DNA from: Auanema rhodensis
Lineage: Eukaryota; Animalia; Nematoda
Assembly (NCBI GenBank): GCA_964057225.1
Contig: OZ059895.1
Location: forward strand, 20,336,001-20,400,000
DNA length: 64,000 bases
Direction: 5' to 3'
A program made the translations under genes and the position numbers. The notes under the pieces were generated by a model, which was not told the origin of the DNA, made no database searches, and saw nothing but the letters and a program-made list of their open reading frames with translations. Below, one piece after another: positions 1 to 11,800 of this stretch (positions within the stretch are counted from its first letter, which is position 1; each line of letters begins with the position of its first letter).

Positions 1-31
1 AAAAATTTTTGTCAAAATGTTTTTGGAAGCA

Positions 32-59
32 ATGTTGAGTGTACATGGAAACTCAACAT
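32..59. repeat. Perfect 9-bp inverted repeat with 10-nt spacer (first copy; recurs in nearly every monomer)
   Basis: atgttgagt (32-40) gtacatggaa actcaacat (51-59); the arms are exact reverse complements. Confidence 0.95.
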
Positions 60-133
60 ACACTAATGCATCATTTTTCAAACGATCATAACTAATTTTT
101 GTATTAAGCGTTTCTCAATGTAGTATAGTGCAT

Positions 134-200
134 TCGATGCGAATTTTTAAGCTGCGTCGATCTGTGTTATCAGATTTGCGCTAGCTTAAAAATGCACCGA
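134..200. repeat. 67-nt imperfect inverted repeat with 11-bp perfect arms (first copy; recurs in each monomer)
   Basis: atttttaagct (143-153) / agcttaaaaat (183-193) is perfect. Inner pairs are gcg/cgc and atctg (160-164) / cagat (171-175) around the loop tgttat. The outer pair tcgatgc (134-140) / gcaccga (194-200) has one mismatch and a 2-nt bulge. Confidence 0.9.
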
Positions 201-210
201 GATATCAACT

Positions 211-232
211 GATATAAGTTCACACTTATATC
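211..232. repeat. Perfect 9-bp inverted repeat with 4-nt loop (first copy; recurs in most monomers)
   Basis: gatataagt (211-219) tcac acttatatc (224-232). Confidence 0.95.
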
Positions 233-334
233 CTCGATTTTCACCCTGAAGAATTAATTTTTTCGTTGAATAACATTGTCCATCGTCTTTGCCTTGAAAA
301 AAGGAATCTGAAAACATCTACTTTTTGCTAAATT

Positions 335-369
335 ATTTTGAAATTTTTCGAAAAAATTTTTGTCAAAAT
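335..369. repeat. Cluster of overlapping A/T-tract palindromes (first copy; recurs in each monomer)
   Basis: tttttcgaaaaa (344-355) and aaaaattttt (352-361) are perfect palindromes, flanked by attttga (335-341) / tcaaaat (363-369). Confidence 0.9.
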
Positions 370-1052
370 GTTTTTGGAAGCAATGTTGAGTGTACATGGA
401 AACTCAACATACACTAATGCATCATTTTTCAAACGATCATAACTAATTTTTGTATTAAGCGTTTCTCAATGTAGTATAGTGCATTCGATGCGGATTTTTA
501 AGCTGCATCGATCTGTGTTATCAGATTTGCGCTAGCTAAAAAATGCACCGAGATATCAACTGATATAAGTTCACACTTATATCCTCGATTTTCACCCTGA
601 AGAATTAATTTTTTCGTTGAATAACAATGTCCATCGTCTTTGCCTTAAAAAAGGTATCTAAAAACATCTACTTTTTGCTAAATTATTTTGAAATTTTTCG
701 AAAAAATTTTTGTCAAAATGTTTTTGGAAGCAATGTTGAGTGTACATGGAAACTCAACATACACTAATGCATCATTTTTCAAACGATCATAACTAATTTT
801 TGTATTGAGCGTTTCTCAATGTCGAATAGTGCATTCGATGCGGATATTTAAGCTGCATCGATCTGTGTTATCAGATTTGCGCTAGCTTAAAAATGCACCG
901 AGATATCAACTGATATAAGTTCACACTTATATCCTCGATTTTCACCCTGAAGAATTAATTTTTTCGTTGAATAACAATGTCCATCGTCTTCGCCTTGAAA
1001 AAAGGAATCTAAAAACATCTACTTTTTGCTAAATTATTTTGAAATTTTTCGA

Positions 1053-2805
1053 AAAAATTTTTGTCAAAATGTTTTTGGAAGCAATGTTGAGTGTACATGG
1101 AAACTCAACATACACTAATGCATCATTTTTCAAACGATCATAACTAATTTTTGTATTAAGCGTTTCTCAATGTAGTATAGTGCATTCGATGCGGATTTTT
1201 AAGCTGCATCGATCTGTGTTATCAGATTTGCGCTAGCTAAAAAATGCACCGAGATATCAACTGATATAAGTTCACACTTATATCCTCGATTTTCACCCTG
1301 AAGAATTAATTTTTTCGTTGAATAACAATGTCCATCGTCTTTGCCTTAAAAAAGGTATTTAAAAACATCTACTTTTTGCTAAATTATTTTGAAATTTTTC
1401 GAAAAAATTTTTGTCAAAATGTTTTTGGAAGCAATGTTGAGTGTACATGGAAACTCAACATACACTAATGCATCATTTTTCAAACGATCATAACTAATTT
1501 TTGTATTGAGCGTTTCTCAATGTAGAATAGTGCATTCGATGCGGATTTTTAAGCTGCGTCGGTCTGTGTTATCAGATTTGCGCTAGCTTAAAAATGCACC
1601 GAGATATCAACTGATATATGTTCACACTTACATCCTCGATTTTCACCCTGAAGAATTAATTTTTTCGTTGAATAACATTGTCCATCGTCTTTGCCTTGAA
1701 AGAAAGAATCTGAAAACATCTACTTTTTGCTAAATTATTTTGAAATTTTTCGAAAAAATTTTTGTCAAAATGTTTTTGGAAGCAATGTTGAGTGTACATG
1801 GAAACTCAACATACACTAATGCATCATTTTTCAAACGATCATAACTAATTTTTGTATTAAGCGTTTCTCAATGTAGTATAGTGCATTCGATGCGGATTTT
1901 TAAGCTGCATCGATCTGTGTTATCAGATTTGCGCTAGCTAAAAAATGCACCGAGATATCAACTGATATAAGTTCACACTTATATCCTCGATTTTCACCCT
2001 GAAGAATTAATTTTTTCGTTGAATAACAATGTCCATCGTCTTCGCCTTAAAAAAAGGAATCTAAAAACATCTACTTTTTGCTAAATTATTTTGAAATTTT
2101 TCGAAAAAATTTTTGTCAAAATGTTTTTGGAAGCAATGTTGAGTGTACATGGAAACTCAACATACACTAATGCATCATTTTTCAAACGATCATAACTAAT
2201 TTTTGTATTAAGCGTTTCTCAATGTAGTATAGTGCATTCGATGCGGATTTTTAAGCTGCATCGATCTGTGTTATCAGATTTGCGCTAGCTAAAAAATGCA
2301 CCGAGATATCAACTGATATAAGTTCACACTTATATCCTCGATTTTCACCCTGAAGAATTAATTTTTTCGTTGAATAACAATGTCCATCGTCTTTGCCTTA
2401 AAAAAGGTATTTAAAAACATCTACTTTTTGCTAAATTATTTTGAAATTTTTCGAAAAAATTTTTGTCAAAATGTTTTTGGAAGCAATGTTGAGTGTACAT
2501 GGAAACTCAACATACACTAATGCATCATTTTTCAAACGATCATAACTAATTTTTGTATTGAGCGTTTCTCAATGTAGAATAGTGCATTCGATGCGGATTT
2601 TTAAGCTGCGTCGGTCTGTGTTATCAGATTTGCGCTAGCTTAAAAATGCACCGAGATATCAACTGATATATGTTCACACTTACATCCTCGATTTTCACCC
2701 TGAAGAATTAATTTTTTCGTTGAATAACATTGTCCATCGTCTTTGCCTTGAAAGAAAGAATCTGAAAACATCTACTTTTTGCTAAATTATTTTGAAATTT
2801 TTCGA
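1053..2805. repeat. 3-monomer (1052-bp offset) higher-order duplication
   Basis: The monomer at 1053 matches the one at 2105 (350 bp; gcatc, gctaaa, aaggtattt). The monomer at 1403 matches the one at 2455 (tagaatag, gtcggt, tatatg, ttacat, aaagaaag). Confidence 0.9.
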
Positions 2806-5800
2806 AAAAATTTTTGTCAAAATGTTTTTGGAAGCAATGTTGAGTGTACATGGAAACTCAACATACACTAATGCATCATTTTTCAAACGATCATAACTAA
2901 TTTTTGTATTGAGCGTTTCTCAATGTAGTATAGTGCATTCGATGCGGATTTTTAAGCTGCGTCGATCTGTGTTATCAGATTTGCGCTAGCTTAAAAATGC
3001 ACCGAGATATCAACTGATATAAGTTCACACTTATATCCTCGATTTTCACCCTGAAGAATTAATTTTTTCGTTGAATAACATTGTCCATCGTCTTTGCCTT
3101 GAAAAAAGAAATCTAAAAACATCTACTTTTTGCTAAATTATTTTGAAATTTTTCGAAAAAATTTTTGTCAAAATGTTTTTGGAAGCAATGTTGAGTGTAC
3201 ATGGAAACTCAACATACACTAATGCATCATTTTTCAAACGATCATAACTAATTTTTGTATTAAGCGTTTCTCAATGTAGTATAGTGCATTCGATGCGGAT
3301 TTTTAAGCTGCGTCGATCTGTTTTATCAGATTTGCGCTAGCTTAAAAATGCACCGAGATATCAACTGATATAAGTTCACACTTATATCCTCGATTTTCAC
3401 CCTGAAGAATTAATTTTTTCGTTGAATAACAATGTCCATCGTCTTCGCCTTGAAAAAAGGAATCTAAAAACATCTACTTTTTACTAAATTATTTTGAAAT
3501 TTTTCGAAAAAATTTTTGTCAAAATGTTTTTGGAAGCAATGTTGAGTGTACATGGAAACTCAACATACACTAATGCATCATTTTTCAAACGATCATAACT
3601 AATTTTTGTATTGAGCGTTTTTCAATGTAGAATAGTGCATTCGATGCGGATTTTTAAGCTGCGTCGATCTGTGTTATCAGATTTGCGCTAGCTTAAAAAT
3701 GCACCGAGATATCAACTGATATAAGTTCACACTTATATCCTCGATTTTCACCCTGAAGAATTAATTTTTTCGTTGAATAACATTGTCCATCGTCTTTGCC
3801 TTGAAAGAAAGAATCTGAAAACATCTACTTTTTGCTAAATTATTTTGAAATTTTTCGAAAAAATTTTTGTCAAAATGTTTTTGGAAGCAATGTTGAGTGT
3901 ACATGGAAACTCAACATACACTAATGCATCATTTTTCAAACGATCATAACTAATTTTTGTATTGAGCGTTTCTCAATGTAGTATAGTGCATTCGATGCGG
4001 ATTTTTAAGCTGCGTCGATCTGTGTTATCAGATTTGCGCTAGCTTAAAAATGCACCGAGATATCAACTGATATAAGTTCACACTTATATCCTCGATTTTC
4101 ACCCTGAAGAATTAATTTTTTCGTTGAATAACAATGTCCATCGTCTTTGCCTTGAAAAAAGGAATCTAAAAACATCTACTTTTTGCTAAATTATTTTGAA
4201 ATTTTTCGAAAAAATTTTTGTCAAAATGTTTTTGGAAGCAATGTTGAGTGTACATGGAAACTCAACATACACTAACGCATCATTTTTCAAACGATCATAA
4301 CTAATTTTTGTATTAAGCGTTTCTCAATGTAGTATAGTGCATTCGATGCGGATTTTTAAGCTGCGTCGATCTGTGTTATCAGATTTGCGCTAGCTTAAAA
4401 ATGCACCGAGATATCAACTGATATAAGTTCACACTTATATCCTCGATTTTCACCCTGAAGAATTAATTTTTTCGTTGAATAACAATGTCCATCGTCTTTG
4501 CCTTGAAAAAAGGAATCTAAAAACATCTACTTTTTGCTAAATTATTTTGAAATTTTTCGAAAAACTTTTTGTCAAAATGTTTTTGGAAGCAATGTTGAGT
4601 GTACATGGAAACTCAACATACACTAACGCATCATTTTTCAAACGATGATAACTAATTTTTGTATTAAGCGTTTCTCAATGTAGTACAGTGCATTCGATGC
4701 GGATTTTTAAGCTGCGTCGATCTGTGTTATCAGATTTGCGCTAGCTTAAAAATGCACCGAGATATCAACTGATATAAGTTCACACTTACATCCTCGATTT
4801 TCACCCTGAAGAATTAATTTTTTCGTTGAATAACATTGTCCATCGTCTTTGCCTTGAAAAAAGAAATCTAAAAACATCTACTTTTTGCTAAATTATTTTG
4901 AAATTTTTCGAAAAAATTTTTGTCAAAATGTTTTTGGAAGCAATGTTGAGTGTACATGGAAACTCAACATACACTAATGCATCATTTTTCAAACCATCAT
5001 AACTAATTTTTGTATTGAGCGTTTTCCATTGTAGTATAGTGCATTCGATGCGGATTTTTGAGCTGCGTCGATCTGTGTTATCAGATTTGCGCTAGCTTAA
5101 AAATGCACCGAGATATCAACTGATATAAGTTCACACTTATATCCTCGATTTTCACCCTGAAGAATTAATTTTTTCGTTGAATAACAATGTCCATCGTCTT
5201 TGCCTTGAAAAAAGGAATCTAAAAACATCTACTTTTTGCTAAATTATTTTGAAATTTTTCGAAAAAATTTTTGTCAAAATGTTTTTGGAAGCAATGTTGA
5301 GTGTACATGGAAACTCAACATACACTAACGCATCATTTTTCAAACGATCATAACTAATTTTTGTATTAAGCGTTTCTCAATGTAGTACAGTGCATTCGAT
5401 GCGGATTTTTAAGCTGCGTCGATCTGTGTTATCAGATTTGCGCTAGCTTAAAAATGCACCGAGATATCAATTGATATAAGTTCACACTTATATCCTCGAT
5501 TTTCACCCTGAAGAATTAATTTTTTCGTTGAATAACAATGTCCATCGTCTTTGCCTTGAAAAAAGGAATCTAAAAACATCTACTTTTTGCTAAATTATTT
5601 TGAAATTTTTCGAAAAAATTTTTGTCAAAATGTTTTTGGAAGCAATGTTGAGTGTACATGGAAACTCAACATACACTAACGCATCATTTTTCAAACGATC
5701 ATAACTAATTTTTGTATTAAGCGTTTCTCAATGTAGTACAGTGCATTCGATGCGGATTTTTAAGCTGCGTCGATCTGTGTTATCAGATTTGCGCTAGCTT

Positions 5801-8800
5801 AAAAATGCACCGAGATATCAACTGATATAAGTTCACACTTACATCCTCGATTTTCACCCTGAAGAATTAATTTTTTCGTTGAATAACAATGTCCATCGTC
5901 TTTGCCTTGAAAAAAGGAATCTAAAAACATTTACTTTTTGCTAAATTATTTTGAAATTTTTCGAAAAAATTTTTGTCAAAATGTTTTTGGAAGCAATGTT
6001 GAGTGTACATGGAAACTCAACATACACTAACGCATCATTTTTCAAACGATCATAACTAATTTTTGTATTAAGCGTTTCTCAATGTAGTACAGTGCATTCG
6101 ATGCGGATTTTTAAGCTGCGTCGATCTGTGTTATCAGATTTGCGCTAGCTTAAAAATGCACCGAGATATCAACTGATATAAGTTCACACTTACATCCTCG
6201 ATTTTCACCCTGAAGAATTAATTTTTTCGTTGAATAACATTGTCCATCGTCTTCGCCTTGAAAAAAGGAATCTAAAAACATCTACTTTTGCTAAATTATT
6301 TTGAAATTTTTCGAAAAAATTTTTGTCAAAATGTTTTTGGAAGCAATGTTGAGTGTACATGGAAACTCAACATACACTAACGCATCATTTTTCAAACGAT
6401 CATAACTAATTTTTGTATTAAGCGTTTCTCAATGTAGTATAGTGCATTCGATGCGGATTTTTAAGCTGCGTCGATCTGTGTTATCAGATTTGCGCTAGCT
6501 TAAAAATGCACCGAGATATCAATTGATATAAGTTCACACTTATATCCTCGATTTTCACCCTGAAGAATTAATTTTTTCGTTGAATAACATTGTCCATCGT
6601 CTTTGCCTTAAAAAAAAAAATCTGAAAACATCTACTTTTTGCTAAATTATTTTGAAATTTTTCGAAAAAATTTTTGTCAAAATGTTTTTGGAAGCAATGT
6701 TGAGTGTACATGGAAACTCAACATACACTAATGCATCATTTTTCAAACGATCATAACTAATTTTTGTATTAAGCGTTTCTCAATGTAGTATAGTGCATTC
6801 GATGCGGATTTTTAAGCTGCGTCGATCTGTGTTATCAGATTTGCGCTAGCTTAAAAATGCACCGAGATATCAACTGATATAAGTTCACACTTACATCCTC
6901 GATTTTCACCCTGAAGAATTAATTTTTTCGTTGAATAACATTGTCCATCGTCTTTGCCTTGAAAAAAGAAATCTAAAAACATCTACTTTTTGCTAAATTA
7001 TTTTGAAATTTTTCGAAAAAATTTTTGTCAAAATGTTTTTGGAAGCAATGTTGAGTGTACATGGAAACTCAACATACACTAATGCATCATTTTTCAAACG
7101 ATCATAACTAATTTTTGTATTAAGCGTTTCTCAATGTAGTATAGTGCATTCGATGCGGATTTTTAAGCTGCGTCGATCTGTGTTATCAGATTTGCGCTAG
7201 CTTAAAAATGCACCGAGATATCAACTGATATAAGTTCACACTTATATCCTCGATTTTCACCCTGAAGAATTAATTTTTTCGTTGAATAACATTGTCCATC
7301 GTCTTTGCCTTGAAAAAAGGAATCTAAAAACATATACTTTTTGCTAAATTATTTTGAAATTTTTCGAAAAAATTTTTGTCAAAATGTTTTTGGAAGCAAT
7401 GTTGAGTGTACATGGAAACTCAACATACACTAATGCATCATTTTTCAAACGATCATAACTAATTTTTGTATTGAGCGTTTCTCATTGTAGTATAGTGCAT
7501 TCGATGCGGATTTTTGAGCTGCGTCGATCTGTGTTATCAGATTTGCGCTAGCTTAAAAATGCACCGAGATATCAACTGATATAAGTTCACACTTATATCC
7601 TCGATTTTCACCCTGAAGAATTAATTTTTTCGTTGAATAACATTGTCCATCGTCTTTGCCTTGAAAAAAGGAATCTAAAAACATCTACTTTTTGCTAAAT
7701 TATTTTGAAATTTTTCGAAAAAATTTTTGTCAAAATGTTTTTGGAAGCAATGTTGAGTGTACATGGAAACTCAACATACACTAACGCATCATTTTTCAAA
7801 CGATCATAACTAATTTTTGTATTAAGCGTTTCTCAATGTAGTATAGTGCATTCGATGCGGATTTTTAAGCTGCGTCGATCTGTGTTATCAGATTTGCGCT
7901 AGCTTAAAAATGCACCGAGATATCAACTGATATAAGTTCACACTTACATCTTCGATTTTCACCCTGAAGAATTAATTTTTTCGTTGAATAACAATGTCCA
8001 TCGTCTTTGCCTTGAAAAAAGGAATCTAAAAACATCTACTTTTTGCTAAATTATTTTGAAATTTTTCGAAAAAATTTTTGTCAAAATGTTTTTGGAAGCA
8101 ATGTTGAGTGTACATGGAAACTCAACATACACTAACGCATCATTTTTCAAACGATCATAACTAATTTTTGTATTAAGCGTTTCTCAATGTAGTATAGTGC
8201 ATTCGATGCGGATTTTTAAGCTGCGTCGATCTGTGTTATCAGATTTGCGCTAGCTTAAAAATGCACCGAGATATCAACTGATATAAGTTCACACTTATAT
8301 CCTCGATTTTCACCCTGAAGAATTAATTTTTTCGTTGAATAACATTGTCCATCGTCTTTGCCTTGAAAAAAGGAATCTAAAAACATCTACTTTTTGCTAA
8401 ATTATTTTGAAATTTTTCGAAAAAATTTTTGTCAAAATGTTTTTGGAAGCAATGTTGAGTGTACATGGAAACTCAACATACACTAACGCATCATTTTTCA
8501 AACGATCATAACTAATTTTTGTATTAAGCGTTTCTCAATGTAGTATAGTGCATTCGATGCGGATTTTTAAGCTGCGTCGATCTGTGTTATCAGATTTGCG
8601 CTAGCTTAAAAATGCACCGAGATATCAACTGATATAAGTTCACACTTATATCCTCGATTTTCACCCTGAAGAATTAATTTTTTCGTTGAATAACATTGTC
8701 CATCGTCTTTGCCTTGAAAAAAGGAATCTAAAAACATCTACTTTTTGCTAAATTATTTTGAAATTTTTCGAAAAAATTTTTGTCAAAATGTTTTTGGAAG

Positions 8801-8899
8801 CAATGTTGAGTGTACATGGAAACTCAACATACACTAACGCATCATTTTTCAAACGATCATAACTAATTTTTGTATTAAGCGTTTCTCAATGTAGTATAG

Positions 8900-11800
8900 T
8901 GCATTCGATGCGGATTTTTAAGCTGCGTCGATCTGTGTTATCAGATTTGCGCTAGCTTAAAAATGCACCGAGATATCAACTGATATAAGTTCACACTTAC
9001 ATCTTCGATTTTCACCCTGAAGAATTAATTTTTTCGTTGAATAACAATGTCCATCGTCTTTGCCTTGAAAAAAGGAATCTAAAAACATCTACTTTTTGCT
9101 AAATTATTTTGAAATTTTTCGAAAAAATTTTTGTCAAAATGTTTTTGGAAGCAATGTTGAGTGTACATGGAAACTCAACATACACTAACGCATCATTTTT
9201 CAAACGATCATAACTAATTTTTGTATTAAGCGTTTCTCAATGTAGTATAGTGCATTCGATGCGGATTTTTAAGCTGCGTCGATCTGTGTTATCAGATTTG
9301 CGCTAGCTTAAAAATGCACCGAGATATCAACTGATATAAGTTCACACTTATATCCTCGATTTTCACCCTGAAGAATTAATTTTTTCGTTGAATAACATTG
9401 TCCATCGTCTTTGCCTTAAAAAAAAAAATCTGAAAACATCTACTTTTTGCTAAATTATTTTGAAATTTTTCGAAAAAATTTTTGTCAAAATGTTTTTGGA
9501 AGCAATGTTGAGTGTACATGGAAACTCAACATACACTAATGCATCATTTTTCAAACGATCATAACTAATTTTTGTATTAAGCGTTTCTCAATGTAGTATA
9601 GTGCATTCGATGCGGATTTTTAAGCTGCGTCGATCTGTGTTATCAGATTTGCGCTAGCTTAAAAATGCACCGAGATATCAACTGATATAAGTTCACACTT
9701 ATATCCTCGATTTTCACCCTGAAGAATTAATTTTTTCGTTGAATAACAATGTCCATCGTCTTTGCCTTGAAAAAAGGAATCTAAAAACATCTACTTTTTG
9801 CTAAATTATTTTGAAATTTTTCGAAAAAATTTTTGTCAAAATGTTTTTGGAAGCAATGTTGAGTGTACATGGAAACTCAACATACACTAATGCATCATTT
9901 TTCAAACGATCATAACTAATTTTTGTATTAAGCGTTTCTCAATGTAGTATAGTGCATTCGATGCGGATTTTTAAGCTGCGTCGATCTGTGTTATCAGATT
10001 TGCGCTAGCTTAAAAATGCACCGAGATATCAACTGATATAAGTTCACACATATCCTCGATTTTCACCCTGAAGAATTAATTTTTTCGTTGAATAACATTG
10101 TCCATCGTCTTTGCCTTGAAAAAAGGAATCTAAAAACATCTACTTTTTGCTAAATTATTTTGAAATTTTTCGAAAAAATTTTTGTCAAAATGTTTTTGGA
10201 AGCAATGTTGAGTGTACATGGAAACTCAACATACACTAATGCATCATTTTTCAAACGATCATAACTAATTTTTGTATTGAGCGTTTCTCATTGAAGTATA
10301 GTGCATTCGATGCGGATTTTTAAGCTGCGTCGATCTGTGTTATCAGATTTGCGCTAGCTTAAAAATGCACCGAGATATCAACTGATATAAGTTCACACTT
10401 ATATCCTCGATTTTCACCCTGAAGAATTAATTTTTTCGTTGAATAACATTGTCCATCGTCTTTGCCTTGAAAAAAGGAATCTAAAAACATCTACTTTTTG
10501 CTAAATTATTTTGAAATTTTTCGAAAAAATTTTTGTCAAAATGTTTTTGGAAGCAATGTTGAGTGTACATGGAAACTCAACATACACTAATGCATCATTT
10601 TTCAAACGATCATAACTAATTTTTGTATTGAGCGTTTCTCATTGTAGTATAGTGCATTCGATGCGGATTTTTGAGCTGCGTCGATCTGTGTTATCAGATT
10701 TGCGCTAGCTTAAAAATGCACCGAGATATCAACTGATATAAGTTCACACTTATATCCTCGATTTTCACCCTGAAGAATTAATTTTTTCGTTGAATAATAT
10801 TGTCCATCGTCTTTGCCTTAAAAAAAAAATCTGAAAACATCTACTTTTTGCTAAATTATTTTGAAATTTTTCGAAAAAATTTTTGTCAAAATGTTTTTGG
10901 AAGCAATGTTGAGTGTACATGGAAACTCAACATACACTAATGCATCATTTTTCAAACGATCATAACTAATTTTTGTATTGAGCGTTTCTCATTGTAGTAT
11001 AGTGCATTCGATGCGGATTTTTGAGCTGCGTCGATCTGTGTAATCAGATTTGCGCTAGCTTAAAAATGCACCGAGATATCAACTGATATAAGTTCACACT
11101 TATATCCTCGATTTTCACCCTGAAGAATTAATTTTTTCGTTGAATAACATTGTCCATCGTCTTTGCCTTAAAAAAAAAATCTGAAAACATCTACTTTTTG
11201 CTAAATTATTTTGAAATTTTTCGAAAAAATTTTTGTCAAAATGTTTTTGGAAGCAATGTTGAGTGTACATGGAAACTCAACATACACTAATGCATCATTT
11301 TTCAAACGATCATAACTAATTTTTGTATTAAGCGTTTCTCAATGTAGTATAGTGCATTCGATGCGGATTTTTAAGCTGCGTCGATCTGTGTTATCAGATT
11401 TGCGCTAGCTTAAAAATGCACCGAGATATCAACTGATATAAGTTCACACTTACATCTTCGATTTTCACCCTGAAGAATTAATTTTTTCGTTGAATAACAA
11501 TGTCCATCGTCTTTGCCTTGAAAAAAGGAATCTAAAAACATCTACTTTTTGCTAAATTATTTTGAAATTTTTCGAAAAAATTTTTGTCAAAATGTTTTTG
11601 GAAGCAATGTTGAGTGTACATGGAAACTCAACATACACTAACGCATCATTTTTCAAACGATCATAACTAATTTTTGTATTAAGCGTTTCTCAATGTAGTA
11701 TAGTGCATTCGATGCGGATTTTTAAGCTGCGTCGATCTGTGTTATCAGATTTGCGCTAGCTTAAAAATGCACCGAGATATCAACTGATATAAGTTCACAC

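Noticed and set aside
211-232. Selective conservation of the gatataagt/acttatatc stem, or a terminator role
   Set aside because: The stem is repeatedly broken by A217T, T229C, T219G and the 2-bp deletion with no compensatory change, and there is no transcription-unit context.
261-277. CENP-B box-like tttcgttgaataacatt
   Set aside because: It matches TTCG and the central A but lacks the essential CGGG, so only 5 of the 9 required bases are present.
1-351. Tandem RNA-gene cluster (5S rRNA, tRNA, snRNA, spliced leader) or telomeric repeat
   Set aside because: I could not recognise a 5S, tRNA cloverleaf, snRNA or SL sequence, or a short telomeric motif. An Infernal/Rfam scan of the consensus would be decisive.
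1-351. Assignment to a known ~350-360-bp satellite family (Drosophila 1.688, tenebrionid beetle or cucurbit satellites)
   Set aside because: Only the length and AT-richness are similar. I could not confirm sequence homology without a search.
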